Shown: positions 41,185 through 51,951 of the stretch, one piece after another | Layout: each line of letters starts with the position of its first letter | Numbering within the stretch: position 1 is the first letter of the stretch | DNA from: Candidatus Omnitrophota bacterium | Lineage (GTDB): Bacteria; Omnitrophota; Omnitrophia; Omnitrophales; Aquincolibacteriaceae | Assembly: GCA_003140935.1 (NCBI GenBank) | Contig: PLLJ01000011.1 | Span: 2,634-66,633 of the forward strand | Direction: 5' to 3' | Length of the DNA: 64,000 nucleotides | Translations under genes and position numbers: made by a program | The notes under the pieces: model-generated | What the model was told of the DNA's origin: nothing | Database searches by the model: none | The model's input: the letters and a program-made list of their open reading frames with translations, nothing else

Positions 41185-42200
41185 TGTAACTTGCTCACGG
41201 CGGCAAGAAGGTCCTTGGTCTCAGGATATTTCTTGAGTTGTTCGATCAGCGCGCTGATCGCTTCGATGGGCTTAAGCCCGGCCAGGGCACGGCGTATCCG
41301 GCGCGCCGGTTCCAGCTCCTGGGACGTAAAAAGAAGTTCTTCCTTGCGCGTTCCGCTTTTGGATATATCCACTGCCGGATAAATGCGTTGATTCGAGATC
41401 TCACGCGATAGAAAGATCTCCATATTACCCGTTCCCTTGAATTCTTCAAAAATAAGCTGGTCCATGCGGCTCCCGGTATCCACCAGGATCGTCGCAAGGA
41501 TCGTCAGTGACCCTCCGTGTTCGATCTTACGAGCAGACCCGAAGATCCGCCGTGGCACTTCCATGGAACGCGCGTCCACGCCCCCGGAAAGGGTCCGGCC
41601 GCTGGAACGTTGCTCAGCGTTATGCACGCGCGCCAAACGGGTCAAAGAATCGACCAGGATCATCACATCCGCACCTGCCGAGACCTCGCGATACACTTGC
41701 TGCATGAGTTCCCGGGCGGTCTGGATATGATGGTCATAAGTCTGGTCGGACGAAGACCACCGGACCTCGGCCGTCACACTACGGCGAAAATCCGTAACTT
41801 CCTCCGGTCTTTCGTCGATCAAAAGACAATAAAGCTTCATCTCCGGCCGGCTTTTGGCGACGGCCTGGCAAAGATGCTTGAGAAACGTCGTTTTTCCGGA
41901 ACCCGGAGGAGCCACGATCAGCCCCCGCTGTCCCATGCCGATCGGAGTGATAAGATCCATGACGCGCATCGTAAGTTCCTTGGAGCCGTCTTCGAGATGG
42001 ATCCGTGGCGAAGGATCGACGGCCGTACTGGCAAAAAACTTTTGTTCATCTTCGGCGATCACGCGTCGGGGTTCCCCATGCGGTGGCCGGTGAGAAGGAC
42101 GATGGGAATGAGTGCCTCGGCTTGGGTGCCGTTCGCTGCGATACCTTGAATCGGTATTGGGACCACGCCCTGAACGCTCTCGGTGTTCAAAGTTTCTCAT
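41181..42200 (-). CDS. rho: transcription termination factor Rho lacking the canonical N-terminal RNA-binding domain
   Basis: C-terminal RecA-like ATPase domain collinear with E. coli Rho residues ~140-419 (Walker A, Q-loop, R-loop); only ~55 aa of Arg/Ser/His-rich sequence precede it; ATG 42200 forms ATGA overlap with ABC-F stop. Confidence 0.85.
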   Translation of the reverse strand: MRNFEHRERSGRGPNTDSRYRSERHPSRGTHSHRPSHRPPHGEPRRVIAEDEQKFFASTAVDPSPRIHLEDGSKELTMRVMDLITPIGMGQRGLIVAPPGSGKTTFLKHLCQAVAKSRPEMKLYCLLIDERPEEVTDFRRSVTAEVRWSSSDQTYDHHIQTARELMQQVYREVSAGADVMILVDSLTRLARVHNAEQRSSGRTLSGGVDARSMEVPRRIFGSARKIEHGGSLTILATILVDTGSRMDQLIFEEFKGTGNMEIFLSREISNQRIYPAVDISKSGTRKEELLFTSQELEPARRIRRALAGLKPIEAISALIEQLKKYPETKDLLAAVSKLQ

Positions 42201-44005
42201 GCTTGAAGTTTCCTCATTTTCTTTTCCAAAGAATTCCATTCCGCCTCGGCAGCTTCGATCTGGATTTGCAATTCTTTCAAATGCACATTGCGCTCCTTGG
42301 AAAAATGGAGTGGGTTTTTCGCCATCTCCTCCAAGACTTTGTTCCGTTCCTCTGTGAAATGCCGCGCGCGTCCTTCGGCTTTTTCCATGCTCTTGCGGAG
42401 CTTCGCAAGCTCGGCCTTGTGCTCGTTCTTCCTAGGCTGCTGAATTTCGACAGGGGGCTTGGAAGCCTTATCGGGGGAAGACGCCGATACGTTATTTTCA
42501 TCGCTGTCTTCTTCCTCGCCCCGGGCCACCTGCTCCAGGTGATAAACATAATCCTCATAGCTTCCGGGGTAGTGCAGGATACGGCCTTTCTTCACTTCGA
42601 GAATGCTTGTCGCCAGAAGATTGACAAAAGTCCGGTCATGGCTGATGAAAAGCACGGTGCCGGAAAAAGATTTGAGTGCGCGACCCAAAGCTTCCACCGT
42701 TTCGAAATCCAAGTGGTTCGTCGGCTCATCGAGAAGCAGGACATGGCTCTTGGAAAGAAGCAGTCCGGCCAGAACGAGACGCGCCCGTTCCCCGCCGCTT
42801 AGAACCTTCACTTTTTTTGAAACATCATCTCCTTTGAAAAGAAAACACCCGGCCATGTTCAGCACATCCTGATTGCTGACCCCCGCCGCGCTTTCGCGCG
42901 AGAGATAAGTATAAATATCATCTTCCGGGTCAAGTACTGCAAAAACATGCTGGGCGTAATATGCCACTTTAAGTCCGGTTCCCCAGCGAAAACTGCCCCC
43001 TTTGGGCGCAAGATCCCCGGCAAGCGTCCTGAGAAAGGTCGTTTTCCCCTCACCGTTATTGCCGAGCACCGCGACATGCTTTCCCCGGTCGATCTCGACT
43101 TGGATCCCGCGCGCAATGTCCTTTTCAGGATAACCGATGACAAGGTCTTCACAACTGACCGCAACTCCCGCCTTCGGCTCCACGGGCGGGATATAGATCT
43201 TCACCGTACTCATGGGATGCGCGATCTCGATCGTTTTGAGTTTTGCGAGTTGTTTCATTTTCGATTGCGCGCGCGTCGCCGTGGAGGCCTTCGCCTTAAA
43301 CCGGTCAATGAAGGTCTGGAGTTGTTCCCGTTTCTTATCAAGACCACGGTTGTAAGCCTGCTTCTGGGCGAGTTGCTCCTCCTTGAATTCGAAATACTCT
43401 TCGATATCCCCGGGGAAAAGAACAAGCCCTCCGTTCTCGACCTCAAGCGTATGGTCGCAAGTTCGCTTTAGGAATTCCCGGTCGTGGGAGACGACCAGAT
43501 ATCCACCTTTGAAATTAAGCAAAAAATTTTCCAAAAGGATCAACGTGCTTAAATCCAAATAATTGCTGGGCTCGTCAAGGATCAGGAAATTAGGGTCGCC
43601 CAAAAGCATCGCCGCAAGCTTCACACGCGTCTGGAAACCTCCCGGAAGATTCCGTACGGATTCTTCAAGGATCTCATTTTTGAGCTGGAACCGCGCGGCG
43701 ATCTGCCCGCACTCCCAATGCTCACTCCGCGTGGTGCGCATCAGGAAATCCACCACCCGCTCTCCCGGCTTGAACGTATCATGCTGCTCGAGATAGGAAA
43801 GACGGAGCGCCGTATTACGCGTGATGGTCCCGCTATCCGCCGATTCGTGCCCGGTGATGATGCGGCAAAGCGTGGATTTGCCGGCCCCGTTGCGGCCGAT
43901 CACACCGACCTTCTGATCGTCCCCGAATGACGCGCTGGCGTTATCGAGGATCGTCACGGCGCCATAGGCCTTGTGGAGTTCATTGACTTGCAAAAGAACT
44001 GTCAT
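42197..44005 (-). CDS. ABC-F family ATPase (two tandem ABC domains, ribosome-associated type)
   Basis: Two Walker A/ABC signature sets (GRNGAGKST, LSGGERARL) with inter-domain linker and C-terminal coiled coil, no TM domain. Confidence 0.88.
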   Translation of the reverse strand: MTVLLQVNELHKAYGAVTILDNASASFGDDQKVGVIGRNGAGKSTLCRIITGHESADSGTITRNTALRLSYLEQHDTFKPGERVVDFLMRTTRSEHWECGQIAARFQLKNEILEESVRNLPGGFQTRVKLAAMLLGDPNFLILDEPSNYLDLSTLILLENFLLNFKGGYLVVSHDREFLKRTCDHTLEVENGGLVLFPGDIEEYFEFKEEQLAQKQAYNRGLDKKREQLQTFIDRFKAKASTATRAQSKMKQLAKLKTIEIAHPMSTVKIYIPPVEPKAGVAVSCEDLVIGYPEKDIARGIQVEIDRGKHVAVLGNNGEGKTTFLRTLAGDLAPKGGSFRWGTGLKVAYYAQHVFAVLDPEDDIYTYLSRESAAGVSNQDVLNMAGCFLFKGDDVSKKVKVLSGGERARLVLAGLLLSKSHVLLLDEPTNHLDFETVEALGRALKSFSGTVLFISHDRTFVNLLATSILEVKKGRILHYPGSYEDYVYHLEQVARGEEEDSDENNVSASSPDKASKPPVEIQQPRKNEHKAELAKLRKSMEKAEGRARHFTEERNKVLEEMAKNPLHFSKERNVHLKELQIQIEAAEAEWNSLEKKMRKLQA

Positions 44006-44067
44006 GGTTTTAAGGTTTCATTTTGAAGGATTGATAGCGGCCCAGTTTCATTATATCGAGAGACCCC

Positions 44068-45210
44068 TCAGACGCGAGAGGCAATGATCTTTGCTGCCGC
44101 ATCCGGCGAAATGTCGTTATGTTCACCGAAAACCGAGTCCCGTTCCGCGAAGCGCTCGCGCACTTTGCGAGCGGCCTCCTTGGCGGAGATCTTGTAGTCG
44201 CCAAGACGCGTCGGCATCTTCATAGAATGAAAAAACGTTTCGGTCTTCAGGATGGCCTCTTTCGCGGTCTTAACATTCCAAATACGTTGACCGTACTGTT
44301 CCAGTTTCTTCTTTTTTGCGGTCAATTTATATTGCCAGACCCCCGGAAGAACGATCGCCAGGGTCTCCGCGTGATCAAGTCCGTAAAAAGCGGTCAGCTC
44401 GTGAGCGATCATATGGGTCGACCAATCTTGTGGTACGCCGCAACCGATCAAAGTATTCAACGCAAGCGCTGCACTCCACATGAATGTCGCGCGCGCCTCA
44501 TAATCTTTGGGTTTGTTCAGAACCGAAGGTGCCACTTCGCGCAATGTTTGAAGAAGCGACTCCGCCATCCGGTCCTGAAGCGGAGCATGCGCCGGATATG
44601 TCATGTACTGCTCCATGACGTGTACGAACGCGTCCACGATCCCGTTACGTACTTGCTTTACGGGCAATGAAAATGTCGTTTCGGGATCTAATATGGAGAA
44701 CTTTGGAAAAACGTGAGGCGAGAAAAAATAAAGTTTTTCCCGGGTCGCTCCGCGAGAGATCACAGAATTCCCGTTCGCCTCGGAGCCTGTCGCTGGAAGC
44801 GTCAACACGGTACCGATCGGAAGTGCTGTTTTGACATTGGCGCCGTGTTCCAGAAGAATGGTCCATGGATCCGTTCCGCTAAAGCACGCCGCGGCCGCGA
44901 TGAATTTCGCGGCATCCAGGACCGAGCCGCCCCCCACCGCCATGATGAAACCGATCTTTTCTTTTTTCACAACCTCAACGGCTTTAAGGCAGGTCTCATA
45001 GAGCGGGTTGGGTTCGATGCCGCCAAACTCGGTCACGCGATGGCCTTTGAGCGCGGCTTTAACCTGCTCGTAGACGCCGTTCTTCTTGATTGATCCGCCC
45101 CCATAAAGAAAAAGCACGCTGAGATCTTGGGGGACACGCCCCGCGATCTCGCGGATCATGCCCTTGCCGAAGAGGATCTCCGTGGGATTTTTATAAACAA
45201 AATTCTGCAT
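44068..45210 (-). CDS. iron-containing (group III) alcohol dehydrogenase
   Basis: GGGSVLDAAK NAD(P)-binding motif and Fe-ADH His cluster. Confidence 0.88.
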   Translation of the reverse strand: MQNFVYKNPTEILFGKGMIREIAGRVPQDLSVLFLYGGGSIKKNGVYEQVKAALKGHRVTEFGGIEPNPLYETCLKAVEVVKKEKIGFIMAVGGGSVLDAAKFIAAAACFSGTDPWTILLEHGANVKTALPIGTVLTLPATGSEANGNSVISRGATREKLYFFSPHVFPKFSILDPETTFSLPVKQVRNGIVDAFVHVMEQYMTYPAHAPLQDRMAESLLQTLREVAPSVLNKPKDYEARATFMWSAALALNTLIGCGVPQDWSTHMIAHELTAFYGLDHAETLAIVLPGVWQYKLTAKKKKLEQYGQRIWNVKTAKEAILKTETFFHSMKMPTRLGDYKISAKEAARKVRERFAERDSVFGEHNDISPDAAAKIIASRV

Positions 45211-45309
45211 GAATAGCTCCTATTACGGACACAAAGGTCACGAACCGCTTCCGAAGGGTTAACTCAGGATGAGACGCCGCAACCCCGCAAAATCAATAGT
45301 CGCGCCGTG

Positions 45310-46749
45310 CTAGTACTTATAATGCTCGGGCTTGTAGGGGCCATCGAAAGGAACATCCAGATACTTGGATTGCTTTTTCGTCAGCCTTGTGAGCTTGGCG
45401 CCCAGTTTGTCCAAATGGAGCCGGGCCACTTCTTCGTCGAGCTTCTTTTCAAGACGGTAAACACCGGGCTTTTTAGGGTTCATCACCAGATCGATCTGCG
45501 CGAGTGTCTGATTCGTGAAGGAGTTCGACATCACAAAGCTCGGATGGCCTGTAGCACAGCCAAGGTTCACGAGACGGCCCTCCGCGAGCAGAATGATCGA
45601 ATGCCCGTCCGGAAAAATATACTTATCGACCTGCGGTTTGATATTGATCTTTTTGATGCCGGGCCATTTTTGAAGTTGAGCGACCTGGATCTCATTATCA
45701 AAGTGTCCGATGTTGCAAACGATGGACTCGTCCTTCATCTTGGACATGTGTTCGGCCGTGATGACATCGATATTGCCCGTCGTGGTCACATAGATATCCC
45801 CGATATCAAGCACGTCCTCCAGTCGCGCGACCTGAAAACCGGCCATCGTCGCCTGAAGCGCGCAGATTGGATCAATCTCGGTCACGATGATGCGAGCTCC
45901 GAAACCATGCATAGCCTGGGCGCTGCCTTTGCCCACGTCCCCGTAGCCCAACACCACGGCGACCTTGCCCGCGATCATCACATCCGTCGCACGTTTGATG
46001 CCGTCCGCCAGGGATTCGCGACATCCGTAGAGATTATCGAATTTGGATTTGGTCACAGAATCGTTCACGTTGATCGCCGGGACCAGAAGCTTTCCCTTTT
46101 CCTGCATTTTATACAGGCGATGAACGCCGGTCGTCGTTTCCTCGGAAACGCCTTCCCATTCCTTGACCACCCCGTGCCATTTCTTAGGATCGTTCTTCAT
46201 GACCTTCTTCAGGATCTTGAAAAGTTCGATCTCGTCCTGAGTGTCGACCTTTTTGTCGAGGATCTTCGGATCCTTCTCTGCGTCATAACCCAAATGGATC
46301 ATGAGCGTCGCATCGCCCCCGTCATCCACGATAAGATTCGGGCCCTTGCCCCCTGGAAAGTTGAGCGCCTGAAGCGTGCACCACCAATATTCCTCCAAGG
46401 TCTCCCCCTTCCACGCGAATACCGGAATGCCCTTCACCGCCAAAGCGGCCGCGGCATGGTCTTGTGTGGAAAAAATATTGCAGGAACACCAACGGATATC
46501 GGCCCCGAGCTCGATCAAAGTCTCGATCAGGACTGCGGTCTGGATCGTCATGTGAAGACTGCCCATGATCCGCTTACCCCTAAGAGGTTTCTGTGGCCCG
46601 TACTTCTTGCGGGTCGCCATCAGCCCCGGCATTTCCTTCTCGGCCATATCGAGTTCTTTACGGCCCCAGTCGGCAAGCGAAAGGTCCGCGACCTTGAAAT
46701 CATTTTTCACTTTGAGAGCTGGCACTTTTTTTTGGTTTTTTTTCGTCAT
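45310..46749 (-). CDS. ahcY: adenosylhomocysteinase
   Basis: Full-length SAH hydrolase homology incl. NAD-binding domain; start at ATG 46749. Confidence 0.92.
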   Translation of the reverse strand: MTKKNQKKVPALKVKNDFKVADLSLADWGRKELDMAEKEMPGLMATRKKYGPQKPLRGKRIMGSLHMTIQTAVLIETLIELGADIRWCSCNIFSTQDHAAAALAVKGIPVFAWKGETLEEYWWCTLQALNFPGGKGPNLIVDDGGDATLMIHLGYDAEKDPKILDKKVDTQDEIELFKILKKVMKNDPKKWHGVVKEWEGVSEETTTGVHRLYKMQEKGKLLVPAINVNDSVTKSKFDNLYGCRESLADGIKRATDVMIAGKVAVVLGYGDVGKGSAQAMHGFGARIIVTEIDPICALQATMAGFQVARLEDVLDIGDIYVTTTGNIDVITAEHMSKMKDESIVCNIGHFDNEIQVAQLQKWPGIKKINIKPQVDKYIFPDGHSIILLAEGRLVNLGCATGHPSFVMSNSFTNQTLAQIDLVMNPKKPGVYRLEKKLDEEVARLHLDKLGAKLTRLTKKQSKYLDVPFDGPYKPEHYKY

Positions 46750-46765
46750 GGTCTTTTCTTTTAAG

Positions 46766-47956
46766 TTAAGCTGCACAGGTGACCTTGCTGCAACCGCAGT
46801 TATCTTTGAGTTTTAGTGCTTTTCGGAGTTGATCGACCGCATCCGTTTTTTCCCACGTAAAACCGGCTTCCGAACGGCCAAAATGCCCGTATGCGGCGGT
46901 TTTATTATAGATGGGACGGCGAAGATCCAAAGCCGCGATGATGCCTTTAGGCGTAAAATCAAAAACTTTCCGGACCGCTGCCACGATCTCGTCGTTGTCG
47001 AGCTTGCTGGTCCCGAATGTTTCCACGCGGATCGAAACAGGTTCTGCCACGCCGATCGCGTAGGAAACCTGGATCTCACAACGCTTGGCGATGCCGGCTG
47101 CGACGATATTTTTTGCAACATAACGGGCAAAATACGCGGCCGAGCGATCCACTTTGGAAGGATCCTTGCCGCTGAACGCACCGCCCCCGTGACGGCCCAT
47201 GCCGCCATAGGTGTCGACGATGATCTTGCGGCCCGTAAGACCCGTGTCTCCATGCGGCCCGCCTACCTCGAAACGTCCAGTCGGATTGATAAAGATCTTG
47301 GTGTTCTTATCTATTAAATTAGCTGGGATGACCTTCTTGATGACCTTTTCAGTCAGGTCCTTGGTGATCGTCGGAAGCGTCACATCGCCGTCATGCTGGG
47401 AGCTCACCACCACGGCATCGACGCGCACCGGCACATCGTTGCTGTCATATTCCACTGTGACCTGGCTCTTCGAATCCGGCCGGAGATACTTGATCTTGCC
47501 GCTTTTGCGAACAGCGGTCAAATAACGGACGAGTTTTTGGGCAAGCATGATCGGAAGCGGCATAAGCTCTTTCGTCTCATTTGACGCAAACCCGAACATC
47601 ATGCCCTGGTCCCCGGCGCCGCCTGTATCCACGCCCATCGCGATATCGGGTGATTGGGTATGAAGTGCGATATCCACCCGGCAGGTCTTATAATCGAACC
47701 CGATCTTGGGATCCACATAACCGATTTTTTGGATGACGTTTCGCGCGACCTTTTCGGCGTCGACCTTGGTTTTGCTCGTGATCTCACCGGCAATGGTCAA
47801 GCGGTCGGTCGTGGCAAGGCATTCGCAGGCCACACGCGATGCGGGATCTCCCGCGAGATACGCGTCCAGGATCGCGTCCGAAACCTGGTCGCAAACCTTG
47901 TCCGGATGACCTTCGGAAACAGATTCAGAGGTGAAGAAATAATGCCCTTTTTTCAT
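46766..47956 (-). CDS. metK: S-adenosylmethionine synthetase
   Basis: [25 protein letters not shown] and GGGAFSGKD motifs. Confidence 0.95.
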   Translation of the reverse strand: MKKGHYFFTSESVSEGHPDKVCDQVSDAILDAYLAGDPASRVACECLATTDRLTIAGEITSKTKVDAEKVARNVIQKIGYVDPKIGFDYKTCRVDIALHTQSPDIAMGVDTGGAGDQGMMFGFASNETKELMPLPIMLAQKLVRYLTAVRKSGKIKYLRPDSKSQVTVEYDSNDVPVRVDAVVVSSQHDGDVTLPTITKDLTEKVIKKVIPANLIDKNTKIFINPTGRFEVGGPHGDTGLTGRKIIVDTYGGMGRHGGGAFSGKDPSKVDRSAAYFARYVAKNIVAAGIAKRCEIQVSYAIGVAEPVSIRVETFGTSKLDNDEIVAAVRKVFDFTPKGIIAALDLRRPIYNKTAAYGHFGRSEAGFTWEKTDAVDQLRKALKLKDNCGCSKVTCAA

Positions 47957-48723
47957 AGTGACTCCTTTGGATTTGTTGGGGTATTAACAATGGCGTTGGC
48001 TTTCTTATAAGAGTCGAGGTCGCCGATATCCAACCATTTTCCCTTAAGAGAAAAAGCAAAGAGGCCTGATGTTTCAGCCAGCCAACGCATATAATGGCCG
48101 GGTTGGTCGGTATTATGGCCGCTTGTGATATACCTGTCAAGCAAGCTCCAAGTCTCCTGGGGAAGCCAATAAATGCCACTTGAAGCGAGCGTGGTGGTCG
48201 GTTGGGGCGGTTTTTCCTGAAATTCCAGGATCTTTCCCTCTGCATCGACCCTCACAAGACCGTAGCGCTTGGCCAGTTCTTTGTCCCCAACATCATAGAC
48301 CGCGATGACTCCGTGTGGCCGTTTTTTTGTTCCGAAGTTAACGAACGACACCAGGTCAAAATCGAAGAAATTATCCCCCGCGATCACCAAAAGATCGCAA
48401 GGACTGACTTTTTTCGTCTTGATCACATACGCCAGGTCCCCGATGGCTCCAAGGCGGGTCTCATTACTCGTCGTGTGATCGTTCACGACCTCGATCGGCC
48501 AGGGATATTTCGTCTTCGCCGCCCAGGTTTCAAAATGTCCGGTGAATTTTTGGTTACTCACGACATAAACGGCCTGAACGCTTTGAACTTTTTGGACACG
48601 CTCCAAGATCCACTCCAGAATAGGTTTGCTCCCCACCGGCAGTAAAGGCTTCGGCATATTCTCGGTTAGCGGATAAAGACGCGTCGCATATCCGGCGCAG
48701 AGAATGATGACCTTTAGACTCAT
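47953..48723 (-). CDS. sugar-1-phosphate nucleotidyltransferase (mannose-1-phosphate guanylyltransferase-like)
   Basis: [16 protein letters not shown]...PKPLLPV NTP_transferase signature. Confidence 0.75.
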   Translation of the reverse strand: MSLKVIILCAGYATRLYPLTENMPKPLLPVGSKPILEWILERVQKVQSVQAVYVVSNQKFTGHFETWAAKTKYPWPIEVVNDHTTSNETRLGAIGDLAYVIKTKKVSPCDLLVIAGDNFFDFDLVSFVNFGTKKRPHGVIAVYDVGDKELAKRYGLVRVDAEGKILEFQEKPPQPTTTLASSGIYWLPQETWSLLDRYITSGHNTDQPGHYMRWLAETSGLFAFSLKGKWLDIGDLDSYKKANAIVNTPTNPKESL

Positions 48724-48786
48724 GGCTTCCCTCCTTTAGAGTTAGAAAGACAGCAATGGATGCCCATCAAAAAACGATCGCTTGTT

Positions 48787-49809
48787 TCACAAGGACCCGC
48801 TCGTCCGTTTCCGGACTGAACTGCCATTCACGGGGTGAACCGCCTTTTTGATCCGGTCGATCACCTCGACCGACATGGGATCGACCTTGTAGAGTTTTGC
48901 CAACTCGCAGCTCGTCCAGTCCCCCAGCATGATCATAGAAAAAATCCGGGCAAGGACCCCCTCGCCTCGGGCCTTAACCTCCACAACCCCGGCACCGTGT
49001 TCCCGGATCGCCTTCATCGCGACCTTCTTTTTCTTGAAAAGCCACTCCGGCTCGTTCCGATCCGTCAGAAAAATAGCTACTGAGCGCTTGATCTTGAACT
49101 TCGGAAAAATCCAACCTTCGACCTCGTGGTGGAACATCTCAGGCAGCGCTTCGCAAGAAGCAAGCATCTTTGCGTTCTCCGCAAACTGAGTGCGCCACCG
49201 AAGCGCCACGGACTGCATCAGTCCGCCGCCGTAGATCGCGACATTTTTATCAAAAAGCCGCTTCGCGAGTTTGCGGGCTTCTGCCTCTGGAAGATGACGG
49301 CTCCCACGAAGCACTTCCTTGATCTCTTTGTCAGAGACTGAGAACCACCGGCAACGCATAAAAAGGAACAGAAGCGAAAAAGTCGTGTATCCGATCGCAA
49401 AACGCGGCGGGTACCCCCGGGGCAAACGAAAAAACGGGATCTTTCTTTTAAGAGCCTCCTCCGCAAGCCGTCCCCCGGACGCTACGACAAGAAAATGCGC
49501 TTTGCGCGCGACCGCTTGCTCAAAGATCGATTCGACTTCATCCGTATTGCCGGAGTAGCTCGAAAGGATCACGACCGTTTTAGAATCGACCCACTCGGGA
49601 AGCCGCGAAGTCCGGTTCACCGTCCAATGGATGCGTGAACGACTCTGGGCAATAGTCCCAAGAATGTCTCCACTGATGGCAGAACCACCCATCCCGCAAT
49701 AAAGGACTTTCTCCGGCCTTCTGATGAACGAAGACGGAAGGCTGATACCTCCGGCGATCGCACGGGCCTTCACAACCTGATTGGCCAAATCCTTCAGATA
49801 AACTTCCAT
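48787..49809 (-). CDS. bifunctional phosphoglucose/phosphomannose isomerase (double SIS domain)
   Basis: Two SIS domains (YCGMGGSAISGD; second SIS in C-half); start at ATG 49809 (TAATG overlap with ptsI stop); table ORF begins at alternative TTG. Confidence 0.7.
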   Translation of the reverse strand: MEVYLKDLANQVVKARAIAGGISLPSSFIRRPEKVLYCGMGGSAISGDILGTIAQSRSRIHWTVNRTSRLPEWVDSKTVVILSSYSGNTDEVESIFEQAVARKAHFLVVASGGRLAEEALKRKIPFFRLPRGYPPRFAIGYTTFSLLFLFMRCRWFSVSDKEIKEVLRGSRHLPEAEARKLAKRLFDKNVAIYGGGLMQSVALRWRTQFAENAKMLASCEALPEMFHHEVEGWIFPKFKIKRSVAIFLTDRNEPEWLFKKKKVAMKAIREHGAGVVEVKARGEGVLARIFSMIMLGDWTSCELAKLYKVDPMSVEVIDRIKKAVHPVNGSSVRKRTSGSL

Positions 49810-51572
49810 TATTCGTCGGCAAGCTCCGCGCAAACGTCTTTGAGCTTCTCCTTCAGAAAAGCATAGGACTCTTTACCGGTGTGGAACGCGAGGGCTTTTT
49901 GGGCGATCTCCTTGGCGTCGGAATAGCGGATCGAACGGATCGCTTTCTTGATCTTGGGCAGCATGACAGGACTGGCGCTGATCTCGTCGATCCCAAGCCC
50001 CACCAAGAGGATGGCGATCGCCGGATCCGAGGACATTTCTCCGCAGCTTCCCACCCAAATATTGTGGCCGTGACCGTTCCGGATCGTCAGATCGATCAGA
50101 CGAATGATCGCCGGATGGGTCGGCTCATAAAGATACGCGATCTTTTCGTTCATGCGGTCGATCGCAAGCACATACTGGATCAGATCGTTCGTCCCGAGGG
50201 AAAAGAAATCCACTTCCTTGGCTAATACGTCACTGGCCAATGCCGCCGAAGGGATCTCGATCATGGCTCCGATAGGAATGTTCTTATTGAAAGGAATGCC
50301 TTCGTTTTCCAGTTCAGACTTAGCCTCATTCAATATTTCGCGTGCAGCACGAATTTCGTAAACGCCCGTGACCATCGGATACATGATCTTCAAATTTCCT
50401 GGGGCACTCGCCCGGAGGATTGCCCGAAGCTGGGTCTTAAAGATATCCGTGCGCGTTAAACAAAACCGGATAGCGCGCCAACCCAGATAGGGATTCATCT
50501 CGTGAGGGATCTCGAGCGTGGAAGCGAATTTATCGCCTCCAAGATCGAGGGTACGAATGACCACCGAATGCGGATGCACCGCTTGCGCGATATTACGATA
50601 GGACTCGTATTGTTCCTGCTCGGTCGGAAGCGTCGCCCGGTTCATGTAAAAATATTCCGTGCGGAAAAGCCCGACCCCTTCGCCGCCGTGAGAAATGACG
50701 GACGACGCCTCGTGATGAAATTCGATGTTGGCGGCCAGGATGATGTGTTTTCCGTCCAGCGTTTCGGCCGGAAGATCGCGCAACTTATCCAGCTCCCCGG
50801 TGAGCTGGATAAAACGGTTTCCCTGGGAGTTAAATTTATCGATGGTCGCTGAGTCTGGATTGATGATCACGACCCCATGCGTTCCATCCACGATGATCGT
50901 ATCCTCGTCCTGAAGTTCATTGACGATCTCTTCAAGCCCCACGACGGCCGGGATCTCAAGCGAACGACCGAGGATCGCCGTATGCGATGTTGCCCCGCCG
51001 ATCTCGGTCATGAACGCCATGACTTTGTTCCGGTCCAGGGAGGCCGTATCCGACGGTGAAAGATCGTGGGAGGCAATGATCACTTTCCCTTGGAATTCTT
51101 CCAGGCGTTTTTTTTCTTCGCCGCAAAGATTCGAGAGAAGGCGCTTGCCCACATCGCGGATATCGGAGATGCGTTCTTTGAGGTATTCGTCATTGATCTG
51201 GGAAAAGGCCTGAAAGTAGCGCTGGATCACAGCTGCGAAGGCGTATTCTGCCCCGACCTTCTCACCCTTGATGACTTCGATCACATCTTCGATCAGGGTC
51301 CGATCTTCGAGGATGAGAAGATGCGCCGTAAAGATATCCGAACTCTCCCGGCCAATCTGGCCCGAAAGTTTCCGGCGGATACCGAGAATTTCGGTACGGG
51401 TGCGTGTAAGGGCTTCTTCGAACCGGGCGATCTCGTTGGAGATCTGCTCGAGGCTCACGGAACGTTTGGGAAGATTGAAAGAGCCTCCGCTATGCAGGAT
51501 AAACACCTTCCCGATCGCGATGCCGGGCGATACCCCGATCCCTTTGTACTCTTTCATGGGCTTATTCTCCAA
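49809..51572 (-). CDS. ptsI: phosphoenolpyruvate-protein phosphotransferase (PTS enzyme I)
   Basis: N-terminal HPr-binding, phospho-His domain and C-terminal PEP-utilising TIM barrel; 587 aa. Confidence 0.92.
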   Translation of the reverse strand: MENKPMKEYKGIGVSPGIAIGKVFILHSGGSFNLPKRSVSLEQISNEIARFEEALTRTRTEILGIRRKLSGQIGRESSDIFTAHLLILEDRTLIEDVIEVIKGEKVGAEYAFAAVIQRYFQAFSQINDEYLKERISDIRDVGKRLLSNLCGEEKKRLEEFQGKVIIASHDLSPSDTASLDRNKVMAFMTEIGGATSHTAILGRSLEIPAVVGLEEIVNELQDEDTIIVDGTHGVVIINPDSATIDKFNSQGNRFIQLTGELDKLRDLPAETLDGKHIILAANIEFHHEASSVISHGGEGVGLFRTEYFYMNRATLPTEQEQYESYRNIAQAVHPHSVVIRTLDLGGDKFASTLEIPHEMNPYLGWRAIRFCLTRTDIFKTQLRAILRASAPGNLKIMYPMVTGVYEIRAAREILNEAKSELENEGIPFNKNIPIGAMIEIPSAALASDVLAKEVDFFSLGTNDLIQYVLAIDRMNEKIAYLYEPTHPAIIRLIDLTIRNGHGHNIWVGSCGEMSSDPAIAILLVGLGIDEISASPVMLPKIKKAIRSIRYSDAKEIAQKALAFHTGKESYAFLKEKLKDVCAELADE

Positions 51573-51858
51573 AATTAGATCCTATCAGTTTGGCCAACGC
51601 TTCCATGGCTTCCGCGGCATCCTTGCCGGTCACGCGCACCGTAATCGACGCTCCCATTTCGGCCGCAAGGGTCATAATGCCCATGATCGATTTGCCGTCG
51701 GTCTGGATATCTTCCTTTTGAACCTCGACCGACGCTTCAAACCGGTTGGCCGTTTGGACAAAAACGGCAGCAGGCCGGGCATGAAGACCCAGTTTGTTGC
51801 CGATAATAAAAATTCGTTCGATCGACTGTTGCTTGTTTTTTTTGGGTCGTTTCGTCAT
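51562..51858 (-). CDS. ptsH: phosphocarrier protein HPr (with short basic N-terminal extension)
   Basis: GLHARPAAVF active-site His15 region; Ser46 region KSIMGIMTL. Confidence 0.85.
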   Translation of the reverse strand: MTKRPKKNKQQSIERIFIIGNKLGLHARPAAVFVQTANRFEASVEVQKEDIQTDGKSIMGIMTLAAEMGASITVRVTGKDAAEAMEALAKLIGSNFGE

Positions 51859-51951
51859 GATCTTCCTTAATTAAAAAAAATGAATCAGAAATTATGACAG
51901 TCCAAGTCGCCCTTACTAAAAAGAAACAAAGACTTGGGCATCACGGCCTCA

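Noticed and set aside
51859-51951. Hairpin CCAAGTC-25nt-GACTTGG between yvcK and ptsH
   Set aside because: Long loop and T-run is ~20 nt away from the stem; not a convincing intrinsic terminator
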